Of a DNA stretch of 64,000 nt, positions 10,743-20,354 are shown piece by piece. The DNA comes from an uncultured delta proteobacterium (lineage in GTDB: Bacteria > Desulfobacterota > Zymogenia > Zymogenales > Zymogenaceae), in contig CAWBYW010000013.1 of NCBI GenBank assembly GCA_963792965.1, positions 1 to 64,000 of the forward strand, read 5' to 3'. Both the position numbers and the translations under genes were made by a program. The notes under the pieces were generated by a model. That model saw only the letters and a list, made by a program, of their open reading frames with translations, did not search any database and had not been told where the DNA came from. Every line of letters starts with the position of its first letter. Position 1 is the first letter of the stretch.

Positions 10743-12986
10743 ATGGAAGCGTGGAAGAAGACAAGCTGCGTCATGTGCGCCCAGAACTGCGGGCTGGAGG
10801 TACAGGTCGAAAATAACCGGATCGTGAAGGTGCGGGGAGACAAGGACAACCCCCGGAGCAAAGGGTACACCTGCCGAAAGGGGATGAACATCGCGCACCA
10901 CCAGCACCACGCCCAGCGCCTGACGCATCCCTTAAAAAAGGTCGGCGATCGCTTTGAGCAGATCGGGTGGGATCAGGCGATCGGCGAGATCGCCGAAAAG
11001 CTCGCCGCGATACGGGACGCGCACGGGCCTCGCTCGTTTGCCTATATGGGAGGGGGCGGGCAGGGATGTCATTTCGAGGCGGCGTTCGGCCTGCGCCTGC
11101 TGCGGGGGTTAGGCTCGCGCTACCACTACAGCGCGCTGGCCCAGGAGCTGACGGGCAACTTCTGGGGCTGGGGCAGGGCGACCGGCAGGCAGTACCTGTT
11201 CGGCATCACCGACGATCTGGAGACCGACGTGCTCCTTGCGGTGGGGTGGAACGGCATGATGAGCCACCAGATACCGCGCGCACGGGTAGTGCTCCGCGAG
11301 ATCGCAAAGAACCCGAATAAGCATCTCATCGTCATCGACCCGAGGAAAAGCGAGACGGCCGAGATCGCCGACATCCACCTTCCGATCCGCCCGGGGACCG
11401 ACGCGCTCTTCTTCCGGGCGATGATCGCCATCATCCTGAAGGAAGGGTGGGCCAATAGGTCGTACATCGACGCCCACGTCACGGGCTTCAAAGAGGTCGA
11501 GCCCTGGTTCACGAATTTTGACGCGAGGGCGGCCGTAGATGTGTGCGAGCTTGATTACGACCAGGTCAAAGAGGTCTGCCGGCTGATGGCCACGGGGAAA
11601 TCGTGTTGCCACCCCGACCTCGGGGTCTACATGAGCCGGCACAGCACCGCGACCACGTACCTTCTGATCATATTGCTTACCGCCTGCGGGCGGATCTGCA
11701 TGAAGGGCGGCAACGTCATCCCCGGCCACGTGATGCCGATCGGCGCCCACTCCGACGAGCGCGACCCACGGACCTGGCGGACGGTCGAGACCGGCTTTCC
11801 GGCGCTGATGGGGACGTTTCCGCCCAACGTCATGCCCGAGGAGATCCTGAGCGACCACCCCGAGCGGCTGAGGGCGGTCATCTGCAGCCAGTCAAATCCG
11901 CTGCGCTCCTATGCCGACACCACGATGTACGAGAAGGCCTTCAAGCGCCTGGATCTCTTGGTCACCGTGGAGCTTGCCATGACCGAGACGGCGGCGCTCT
12001 CCCACTACGTGCTGCCGTCGCGCTCCGCCTACGAATCGTGGGACAGCTCGTTTTTCGCCTGGACGTTCCCCGAGATCTACTTCCAGATGCGCCGCCCCGT
12101 GGTGGAGCCCGAGGGGGAGGGGCTGGAGGCGGGACAGATCATGGTGATGCTGGCCGATCGACTCGGCATGATACCGGAGATACCGACCTCATTGAATGAT
12201 GCGGCCACGAGCGGCGACCGGCTGAAATACGGCATGGAGCTGATGACGTTCGTCGGGGCGAACCCCGGCGTGGTGAAGAACCTGCCGTTTGTCCTGGCAA
12301 AGACCCTCGGACGGCAGCTCGGCTCGGCAAACCTCGCCGCGCTCTGGGGCATGCTGCAGGTCATGCCGCCCGACTTCGTCCAGTCCGCGGCCCGGGCCGG
12401 GTTCAAACCGGGGCCGACACTCGGCGAGGAGCTGTTCCAGGCCATCGTCGATCACCCCGAGGGACTCTGGGTGGGCAAGGTCGACCCGGACGATAATTTT
12501 TCCATGCTGCGCACCGAGGACGGCCGCGTCAACGTCCATATCCCGGAGATGGCAGACTGGATCGCGAGCATCACGCCGGAGGGCGAGAAGAGAGAGCTTG
12601 AAGAAAAGGAACAGGACTATCCCTTCATCCTCTTTGCCGGCCGACACATGGACATGAACGCCAATACGCTCATGCGCGACCCCTCCTGGAACGAGGGGAA
12701 GAGGGCGTGCACCGCGGCCATGCACCCGAGGGACGCCGAAAAGCTCGGACTCGCCGACGGACAGACGGTGCGGGTATCTACCGAAGCGGGCCGTGTCGAG
12801 GTGGAGCTTGAGATCAGTACGGCGACGCGCCCGGGCGTGGTGGTCATTCCCCACGGCTTCGGACTGGATTATAACGGCACGGTCTACGGCGCGAACGTGA
12901 ACCGCCTGACCAAGAACACGAACCGCGATAGATTCGCCGCCACGCCGCTTCACCGGTACGTGCCCTGCCGGGTCGAGGCGGTGTAG
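10743..12986 (+). CDS. Molybdopterin (bis-MGD) oxidoreductase, cytoplasmic
   Basis: CVMCAQNC...C Fe-S motif, IDPRKSETA, RPGTD, C-terminal MHPRDA...GVVVIPHGFG dinucleotide-binding domain; no Tat signal. Confidence 0.9.
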   Translation: MEAWKKTSCVMCAQNCGLEVQVENNRIVKVRGDKDNPRSKGYTCRKGMNIAHHQHHAQRLTHPLKKVGDRFEQIGWDQAIGEIAEKLAAIRDAHGPRSFAYMGGGGQGCHFEAAFGLRLLRGLGSRYHYSALAQELTGNFWGWGRATGRQYLFGITDDLETDVLLAVGWNGMMSHQIPRARVVLREIAKNPNKHLIVIDPRKSETAEIADIHLPIRPGTDALFFRAMIAIILKEGWANRSYIDAHVTGFKEVEPWFTNFDARAAVDVCELDYDQVKEVCRLMATGKSCCHPDLGVYMSRHSTATTYLLIILLTACGRICMKGGNVIPGHVMPIGAHSDERDPRTWRTVETGFPALMGTFPPNVMPEEILSDHPERLRAVICSQSNPLRSYADTTMYEKAFKRLDLLVTVELAMTETAALSHYVLPSRSAYESWDSSFFAWTFPEIYFQMRRPVVEPEGEGLEAGQIMVMLADRLGMIPEIPTSLNDAATSGDRLKYGMELMTFVGANPGVVKNLPFVLAKTLGRQLGSANLAALWGMLQVMPPDFVQSAARAGFKPGPTLGEELFQAIVDHPEGLWVGKVDPDDNFSMLRTEDGRVNVHIPEMADWIASITPEGEKRELEEKEQDYPFILFAGRHMDMNANTLMRDPSWNEGKRACTAAMHPRDAEKLGLADGQTVRVSTEAGRVEVELEISTATRPGVVVIPHGFGLDYNGTVYGANVNRLTKNTNRDRFAATPLHRYVPCRVEAV

Positions 12987-12997
12987 CCGGCTACCTG

Positions 12998-14647
12998 ATG
13001 AAGACGATGGATATCGGCCCATATACCTACGAGGAATTTTTGGAGCTTGCCCGAAAGTTTCACGGCTACCCCGCGCCCGGCCTGATCATCGGTGCCTACA
13101 TGGTCGAGAGGGCGAAGACCTCTATCCCCGAGGGCACCCTCTATAACGCCGTCGCCGAGACGGGGTGGTGCCTGCCGGACGCCATCCAGATGCTGACGCC
13201 GTGCACCATCGGCAACGGCTGGATGATGGTCTTACCGCTCGGCCTCTACGCGGTGGGCCTCTACGACAAATACAGCGGCAGGGGCGTCCGCGTCTTCCTG
13301 GATCACGACGCCCTCGGGCCGTATCCGGAGATCAGGGCGTGGTATCTGAAGCTCAAGACAAAGGACCAACAGGACTCAGGGCGGCTCCTGGATGAGATAC
13401 GGACGGCCGGGGACTCAATCTGCTCCGTCGCACAGGTAATGGTTCGCCCCGAATATATCGCCAAGCGCGAAAAGGGGCCCGTGGCCCTCTGCCCGGTCTG
13501 TCATCAGGCCTATCCGACCCGGGATGGGGCGATCTGCCGCTTCTGCCAGGGGGAGTCGCCCTACGAGAACGAGTTGGGGGATAGGCGTGTCCATACGTCC
13601 GGGCAAGGCGGCCCCGCGCTCACTGCCGTACCCGTCGCGGATGCCGTTGGACGGAGGGTGCTGCACGACATGACGCGCATCGTCCCCGGAGAGTCGAAGG
13701 GGGCCGAGTTCAGGAAGGGCCACCGGGTCGCCGCCGGGGACCTGTGCCGGTTGCAGCAGATGGGGAGGCGGAATATCTACACGGAGGACGCGGCGTCCCC
13801 CGGCGACGAATGGGTGCACGAGAATGATGCGGCATCCGCCTTCGGCGCGGCGATGGCCGGGGAAGGCGTCGAGGTGCTCGTCCCCCCGCGGGAGGGGAAG
13901 ATCAACCTGACGGCCTCCCGCGATGGGCTCTTCGTCGTCGACGACGCGCGGATGGAACAGTTCAATCTGTTGCCGGACGTGATGGTCGCCTCCCGGCACG
14001 ACTCTTCGGTCGTGAAGCGAGGCACGAACCTTGCCGGCACGCGGGCGATTCCCTTGTTTCTCTCGCGGGACATCTTCGGCAGGGCGCAGAGTCTGCTTTC
14101 CGACGGGCCGCTGTTCCGGGTGCTGCCAATCAAGCCGGCCGCCGTCGGCATCCTGGTCACCGGAAACGAGGTATATGAGGGGCTCATCAAAGATAAATTT
14201 GCCCCGATCATCTCGCGTAAGGTCAAGGGGTACGGCTGCTGCGTGTTGAAGACGATCATCGTGCCCGACGAGCGGCAGGCCGTGAAAGACGGCATCACCG
14301 ATCTGACGGCCGCGGGGTGTGACCTCATCGTAACGACGGCGGGGCTGTCGGTCGATCCGGATGACGTTACCAGGCAGGGGATCATCGATGCCGGTGCCGC
14401 CGACATCCTCTACGGCGCCCCGGTTTTGCCGGGGGCCATGAGCCTCTTTGCCAGAAACGGGAAAGTGCGCGTCATCGGGGTGCCCGCGTGCGCCCTCTTC
14501 TTCAGGACGACCGCGTTTGACCTGCTCTTGCCGCGCGTGCTGGCGGGCGTCGAGATCACGCGCCGGGATCTGGCCAAGCTGGGACACGGCGGGCTCTGCC
14601 ACGAATGCAGGGTCTGCACCTACCCGAAATGCGCCTTCGGAAAGTAA
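12998..14647 (+). CDS. FmdE-domain protein fused to a MoeA/MogA-like molybdopterin-binding domain
   Basis: FHGYPAPG, CLPDAIQMLTPCTIGNG and CPVC...CRFC; then TAGLSVDPDDVT, PVLPG, C-terminal Cys cluster. Confidence 0.85.
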   Translation: MKTMDIGPYTYEEFLELARKFHGYPAPGLIIGAYMVERAKTSIPEGTLYNAVAETGWCLPDAIQMLTPCTIGNGWMMVLPLGLYAVGLYDKYSGRGVRVFLDHDALGPYPEIRAWYLKLKTKDQQDSGRLLDEIRTAGDSICSVAQVMVRPEYIAKREKGPVALCPVCHQAYPTRDGAICRFCQGESPYENELGDRRVHTSGQGGPALTAVPVADAVGRRVLHDMTRIVPGESKGAEFRKGHRVAAGDLCRLQQMGRRNIYTEDAASPGDEWVHENDAASAFGAAMAGEGVEVLVPPREGKINLTASRDGLFVVDDARMEQFNLLPDVMVASRHDSSVVKRGTNLAGTRAIPLFLSRDIFGRAQSLLSDGPLFRVLPIKPAAVGILVTGNEVYEGLIKDKFAPIISRKVKGYGCCVLKTIIVPDERQAVKDGITDLTAAGCDLIVTTAGLSVDPDDVTRQGIIDAGAADILYGAPVLPGAMSLFARNGKVRVIGVPACALFFRTTAFDLLLPRVLAGVEITRRDLAKLGHGGLCHECRVCTYPKCAFGK

Positions 14648-14746
14648 GGCCGACCGGAAAAGATACCAGACCGTTTCGTAAGACGACCCTGATGACGATG
14701 CACGGGACGTCGCCTCTCGATTTATAGGGGCCTCTCGGTCTGCCGG

Positions 14747-16114
14747 CTACCGCACGAATCCCTCTTTTGATTCCATCGCCTTGATCTTCGCCGTGATCTT
14801 CTCGTACCGTTTTCGGTCGATCGGATAAAACCAGAGCACAATGTTTGCCGCGATGAAGAAGAGGGCGGTGACGGGGCCGACGAGGATCTTGATGCCGAGC
14901 TGCGAGAGAGCGGGCTGATGAGCGATGAGGTTCGGAACGTATCCGAAGAGGTCCAGCATCGTGCCCACGATAAGCCCCGAGAGGGCAGTGCCCACCTTGA
15001 CCACAAAGGTCCAGAGGGCGTAGAAGATTCCTTCCCGCCGCACTCCGCACTCAGAATAGTCGTACTCCACGGTGTCCGGAACGATCGACCAGGGCATGAC
15101 GTAGTGGGTCGAAAAGCCGATCCCGGCAAAGACCATGATCACGTATGCGGCCTTTACGCCGAGAATATCCCCGACGAAGGAAAAGACGACGACCGACAAC
15201 GCCGCAATCGACATCCCGATAATATAGGTGATGCGTTTTCCTATCTTCTCCGAGAGCTTTATTGTCAGCGGCACGAAGGCGACGGCGCTCACCAGCAATA
15301 TGAGGAGGACGGGCGTGATGAGCCTTTCGTCCTGGTAGATGTACTTGAAATAGTAGATCATCGTCGCCATGACCACCGCCACACCGATGCTGTTGAGCAT
15401 CCAGGTGATCAGGATGAGCAAAAAAGGCCTATTGGCGAGCGCGTCGCCGTAGGATGAAAGGATTCCCTGGTGTGGAAGCTCCGTCGGGAGGGGCTTCTCC
15501 CTGACGGTGAAGAAGGGGGCCAGGATCGCGATCACAATCAGCACCCCGATCACGATGCTCATCCCGAAATAACCGGTGTTTTTGCCTCCGAACAGTCCTA
15601 TCAGTGGCACGGCCGCCCCCGCCCCGATCAGCGTCCCGGCCACCGAGAAGATCGTCCGGTACCCGTTGACGGACGTCCGCTCATCGAAGTCGCGCGTGAG
15701 CTCCGGGAGCAGCGCGTTGAACGGGATATTGGTGCACGGGTAGGCGGTGCAGAGCAGCATATACGACAACAGCGCCCAGACGAAGAGGGCGGCCTGGGAC
15801 GAGAAGCCGGGGTTCCTGAACATGAGGGCAAAGGTGATGCCGAAGGGTATGGCGCCGAAGAGGAGCCACGGACGCCTCCTGCCCATCCGGGTGCGCGTGC
15901 GGTCGGAGAGATAGCCGATGGCGGGATCGATGATGGCGTCCCAGAATTTGCCGATCATCAGCGCGAGGCCGGCGAGTGTCGGCGACAGGCCGACGGTATC
16001 GGTCAGGAATATCAGAAGAAGGACGGTCGATACGGTGAAGAAGACGGAGCTCGAAAATTCTCCGGCGCCGTATCCCATCTTGACGGAAACGGGGAGTCTC
16101 GTGTGTGTGGTCAT
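14747..16114 (-). CDS. MFS transporter, glycoside-pentoside-hexuronide (MelB-like) family
   Basis: WDAIIDPAIGYLSDRTRTRMGRRRPW and REGIFY motifs; many hydrophobic segments. Confidence 0.9.
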   Translation of the reverse strand: MTTHTRLPVSVKMGYGAGEFSSSVFFTVSTVLLLIFLTDTVGLSPTLAGLALMIGKFWDAIIDPAIGYLSDRTRTRMGRRRPWLLFGAIPFGITFALMFRNPGFSSQAALFVWALLSYMLLCTAYPCTNIPFNALLPELTRDFDERTSVNGYRTIFSVAGTLIGAGAAVPLIGLFGGKNTGYFGMSIVIGVLIVIAILAPFFTVREKPLPTELPHQGILSSYGDALANRPFLLILITWMLNSIGVAVVMATMIYYFKYIYQDERLITPVLLILLVSAVAFVPLTIKLSEKIGKRITYIIGMSIAALSVVVFSFVGDILGVKAAYVIMVFAGIGFSTHYVMPWSIVPDTVEYDYSECGVRREGIFYALWTFVVKVGTALSGLIVGTMLDLFGYVPNLIAHQPALSQLGIKILVGPVTALFFIAANIVLWFYPIDRKRYEKITAKIKAMESKEGFVR

Positions 16115-16296
16115 GGTATGTCCCTGTGGTTATGGGAGGGAGAGCGGACCTTTCCCTGCCTGTGCCGAGGCCCGGCGGCACCGACATCATAGCGAAACCA
16201 GGCGAAAAATCAAGCTAAAAAGGGTCGCGGGCCGCAGTCGAGATATCGTGCACGCCCGCTCGCGCGCTTTGGTCGACGTACACGGATTCTCGACCC

Positions 16297-17671
16297 TTAC
16301 GCCGTCGGCGCCGTGGTCGGAACGTGGTGACCGGGGTGGGCGAAGAAGTGCCTGAAGATCGCCATCGCGATGACCCCCGTGATGATATTGGTCACCGCGA
16401 TCCCCCCGATCATCCCCGGAATTCCCAACAGGACCATCCCGAAGTAGGCGAGCGGAAAGTAGAAGAAGACGACGCGCGACGCGTTGAGACCCGCCGAGAT
16501 CAGGGGGCGCCCCATGGCGTTGAAGGTCCCCGAGATGAGCTGAAAGATCCCCTGCGTGGAGAGCCCCGCCGGCATGATCCAGAGGTAATACATGATATAG
16601 CGGATGACCGCTTCGTCGTCGGAGAAGAGCCGGGCGATCGGGCGCGCAAAGACGATGAAGACCGATCCAGCACACCATGCCCCACCAAAAGGTAAAGAGA
16701 GCTGCTTTTCCTCTGGGCGTCGCGGACCCGGGTAAACGCCGCGGCCCCCCAGTTCTGTCCCACGAAGGGGACCAGTGCCGTCGAGAGGCCGACGATAAGG
16801 ATGAAGGCAAACATCTCCACACGGAGCCCCGCCCCCACCGCCGCCACACCCTCCGGACCGAACCGGGAGGCGAGCCACGTTACAAACGCCATCGAGAAGG
16901 GAAAGAGGAGGTTGGTGGCGGTCGCGGGTATGCCGATCCTGAGAATCTCTCCCCAGGAACGCCTGATCACGCCCAGCGAGAGGCCCGAAAAATCGATCAT
17001 CTTCAAGCGATACTGGAGGATCAGGAGCGTAAGCACGAGGGTAAGTATCTTCGGAGGTGACCGTCGCCGTCGCCGCGCCCAGAAGCTCGAGCCGTGGAAA
17101 CCCGAACAGCCCGTAGATCAGGATCGGGTCGAGGATCACGTTAACGATGGCGCCCGACCACCATGATCAGGCCGGGGTTCTTTGTATCCCCCGTCGCCCG
17201 GATGGAGCTTGAGGCAGCCATCGGGACGATGATAAAGGGACCCCGATATACCACAGGACAATGAAGCGCTTGATGAGGGAGAGCATCACCGGCGTCGCCC
17301 CAAGGGCGGTGAAGAGGGGATCGATCGTAAACAGCCCCGACGACGGTGAAGAGGATGCCGATCGAGTAACCCCAACAGGAGGCTCGCCGTGGTCAGACGC
17401 TTCACCTTCTCCCATATCCCGTTTTCCGTAGGCCTGGGATATGACGGCGGCCGTCCCCATGGACAGCCCCACCGAGAAGCTGATGATGAAGGTTGCCACG
17501 GGGAAGGTAAAGCTCATCGCCGCCAGCGGAATCGTGCCGAGCTGGGCCACGAAGAGTGCGTCGGCGAGGTTAAAGGATACAAGGGCAGCATAGCCCACCA
17601 CCATCGGGATGGTGAGGCGAACCAGGGTTTTCCCGATCGGGCCGGTGGTGAGGTCGTTGTGTCGTCTTCAT
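16297..17671 (-). CDS. MATE family efflux transporter (several frameshifts)
   Basis: DLTTGPIGKTL, ILDPILIYGLFGFPRLELLGAATAT and FVGQNWGA motifs across fragments. Confidence 0.8.
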
Positions 17672-17840
17672 ACTCTATAGTGCACCCTACCGGTCGGCTT
17701 GTCAAGAAGGGGCGGCGAGGTCTTCCTGCTGTCGCTCTACGCCTGACCGGATGCAATTCGCTCTATTTGATAAAAGGACGGGGGCTTTCGCCCCCGGATC
17801 GATTGCGTCTCAAGGAATTCCGGCGCCCGCCCCGGCGGCG

Positions 17841-20228
17841 TCAGGTGCCCGCACGGGAAAGGAGGCAGGTCCGCTCGATGATCTCGTCCTGCATCTCGGG
17901 CACAAGATCGTGGAAATAGGCCGAATATCCCGAAACCCGGACGAGGAGATTGGGATAGGAGCTCGGGTCCTTCTTTGCCGCCCTGAGGACCTCCGCGTCG
18001 ATGACGTTCGTCTGGATCTGCATGCCCCCTCCGTCAAAGTAGGTCTTGAGGACGCCTCCCAATATCTCCTGTCCCTTCTTTCCCGCGAGGGTGCTCCCGT
18101 CGAACTTCACGTTGAGGTTGATCCCGTTTGCGATCTCGGTAAAATCGATCCTGTTGACGGAATTGAGCAGCGCCGTGGGCCCCTTCCGGTCGGCGCCGTT
18201 CGCCGGGGAGATCCCGGATGCGAAGTATTCACCCTTTCTATGCCCGTTGGGGAGCGCGCCGGTCACCTGTCCGAAGTAGTGGTGGGCGGTCACGGAATAG
18301 AGGCCGGTCACGTAGTTTCCGCCGCGCGTATTGGTCCACCCCCCGAGGGTGTCGGTGAAGGTCCGGACGACCGTGTCCGTCCAGCGGTCGACGTCGCGCA
18401 TGTCGTTTCCAAACTTCGGGAGCGACCGAAGATATACGCGCGCCCGCTCGTCGGCAAGGTTACCTTTGAGGAGCCCGACAAGACGCGTGAGCGTCATCTT
18501 CTTGTCGACGAAGACCGCTCGCTCGATCGCGAACAGCGAGTCGCCCGTGTCGGCCGGCCCGACGCACTGGATTCCGGAGAAATTGTAGAGTGCGCCGCCC
18601 GCGGTTGAGCAGCTTCCCGACTCAAGACAGCCCCTGAGGAGCGCGCTGGTCAGCGGTGTGGGATGAAAGCGTCGGTTGGCCAGCTCAACGGCCCGGAGGT
18701 CCTCGATGAGCCGCGCCAGTCCGTGCGAGAGCTGCGCACGGAAGGCGTCCATAACGTCATCCATCGAGGTCATCCGGGCGACGGGCTTAGTCCTGACGCC
18801 CGAGCGAATCAGGGATCCGAAACGGCGTCCCGAGTTGAGGGCAAGCTCGAGCATGAGGGGCACGTTGAATATCGCGGCGTCGGTCGAGGAAAAGCTGCTG
18901 CCCTGGCTCACCGGCTCCACGCACCCGACCGCGGTAAAGTCCCGCGCGTCCTGGATCGAGTATCCGTGTTTCGTCATCGTTTCCACGATGACCTCGTCGT
19001 TATAGAGGGCCGGCGAGTTGCTCCCGGCCGCGAGAATCTTCGTGACGGCGTCTACGTATCGTCGGGGCGACTTCTTGTTGATCCGGGCATGATAGTTGGG
19101 CTGGCGCATCCTCAGCTCGTCCATTACCTCAAGGAATATATAGCTAAGCTCGTTTGTGGCATCGGTCCCGTCGCGATGCTGCCCCCCGACGGTGACGACC
19201 TGTCCGTTGAACATCCCTCCGTGGAAGCGGGTGATGCGCCGGGAAAAAACCGGGACGATCTCCGACATCTTGACGGAGAAGGCCGAGATGAGCTCTTTTG
19301 CCTTCTCGCGGGTGAGGGTGCCCGATTTGATCTCTTTTTGGTAGAAGGGATAGAGGTAATGGTCCATTCTGCCCGGGCAGACCGAATTGTCCAGGCTTTC
19401 GAGGTTTATGGCGATCTGGGCAAAGAAGATCGACTGGATCGCCTCCGCCAGCGTCCGGGCCCCTTTCTTCGGAACACGGCGGCAGGCCGCGGCGATCGCC
19501 GTGAGCTCCTTCCTTCGGGCGGGATCGGGTTCTTCGGCGGCCATCCGGCCTGCCAGGGCGGCGTAGCGCAATCCGAATTCCGCCAGGGCGTCACAGACGA
19601 TTCGCACTCCCTCATAGAAATGCCACGCCTCGGTCTCCTTGGCGACCTTCGCCTGACGGGCGGCCGCCTGCTGCTTGATCCCATCCGTGCCGACGGCGAT
19701 CAGCTTTTCATAGTCGGGCGCGATATGGGAGATGCCGCCGGATTCGTTGATAATATAGAAGTGGCCCCTCAGCTGGTTGACGATGAAACGGAGTTTTTTC
19801 AGCGGATTTGCGTGGGCCTTAAGCGAGACAAACCTCGTCGCCCAGAAGGGGACGGTGGAAAGCAGCCGCCGCGTGTCTCTCTTGGTGATCTGGAGAGGGC
19901 TCGTCTTTCGGGTTGGAAACCGAAAGACGTCTTCGAGGATGACGACGCCCGAGAGCTCGGGGTAGAGTGACCCGCCGACACGCTTCGAGCTGAAGTTTCC
20001 GACGATGAGCTCGTGGGGGTAGATGGCGACGCTCTTCTTGAGGAGAACGTCGCGCAGCGCCTCCGCGATCTGGATATGGGGAGATTTTTTACGGTTGGCT
20101 CGTTTCTTGAAGTAGTTTGTCCAGATAAGGGCACGCTCGGCGCAGACGGAAGGCTTGGCCTCCATAACGGCTGTTTTGAGGGCGGCGGCGCGAGGCGTCA
20201 ATGATGAGGTGTGCGTGTCTCTTTTCAT
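17841..20228 (-). CDS. Glycyl radical enzyme (PFL-like superfamily), substrate unknown
   Basis: Cys loop VGCVEP, Gly loop LLVRVSGYSAYF, PHELIVG; 795 aa. Confidence 0.92.
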   Translation of the reverse strand: MKRDTHTSSLTPRAAALKTAVMEAKPSVCAERALIWTNYFKKRANRKKSPHIQIAEALRDVLLKKSVAIYPHELIVGNFSSKRVGGSLYPELSGVVILEDVFRFPTRKTSPLQITKRDTRRLLSTVPFWATRFVSLKAHANPLKKLRFIVNQLRGHFYIINESGGISHIAPDYEKLIAVGTDGIKQQAAARQAKVAKETEAWHFYEGVRIVCDALAEFGLRYAALAGRMAAEEPDPARRKELTAIAAACRRVPKKGARTLAEAIQSIFFAQIAINLESLDNSVCPGRMDHYLYPFYQKEIKSGTLTREKAKELISAFSVKMSEIVPVFSRRITRFHGGMFNGQVVTVGGQHRDGTDATNELSYIFLEVMDELRMRQPNYHARINKKSPRRYVDAVTKILAAGSNSPALYNDEVIVETMTKHGYSIQDARDFTAVGCVEPVSQGSSFSSTDAAIFNVPLMLELALNSGRRFGSLIRSGVRTKPVARMTSMDDVMDAFRAQLSHGLARLIEDLRAVELANRRFHPTPLTSALLRGCLESGSCSTAGGALYNFSGIQCVGPADTGDSLFAIERAVFVDKKMTLTRLVGLLKGNLADERARVYLRSLPKFGNDMRDVDRWTDTVVRTFTDTLGGWTNTRGGNYVTGLYSVTAHHYFGQVTGALPNGHRKGEYFASGISPANGADRKGPTALLNSVNRIDFTEIANGINLNVKFDGSTLAGKKGQEILGGVLKTYFDGGGMQIQTNVIDAEVLRAAKKDPSSYPNLLVRVSGYSAYFHDLVPEMQDEIIERTCLLSRAGT

Positions 20229-20354
20229 GGGTCATCCCCCGATGGATTGGATAGCAGTAGTGGTCATGGCCGCCCCGCGTCTTTGTAGTCACGTCCCGGA
20301 CCATGAGGTTAGAGGGCCGTCCGATCGTAAGGACCGTGGCCCGGCATCCCGGTG

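Noticed and set aside
17684-17705. CCTACCGGTCGG in the MATE promoter spacer as a second site for the TetR at 8951
   Set aside because: Only about 10/18 identity to the 8815-8832 operator.
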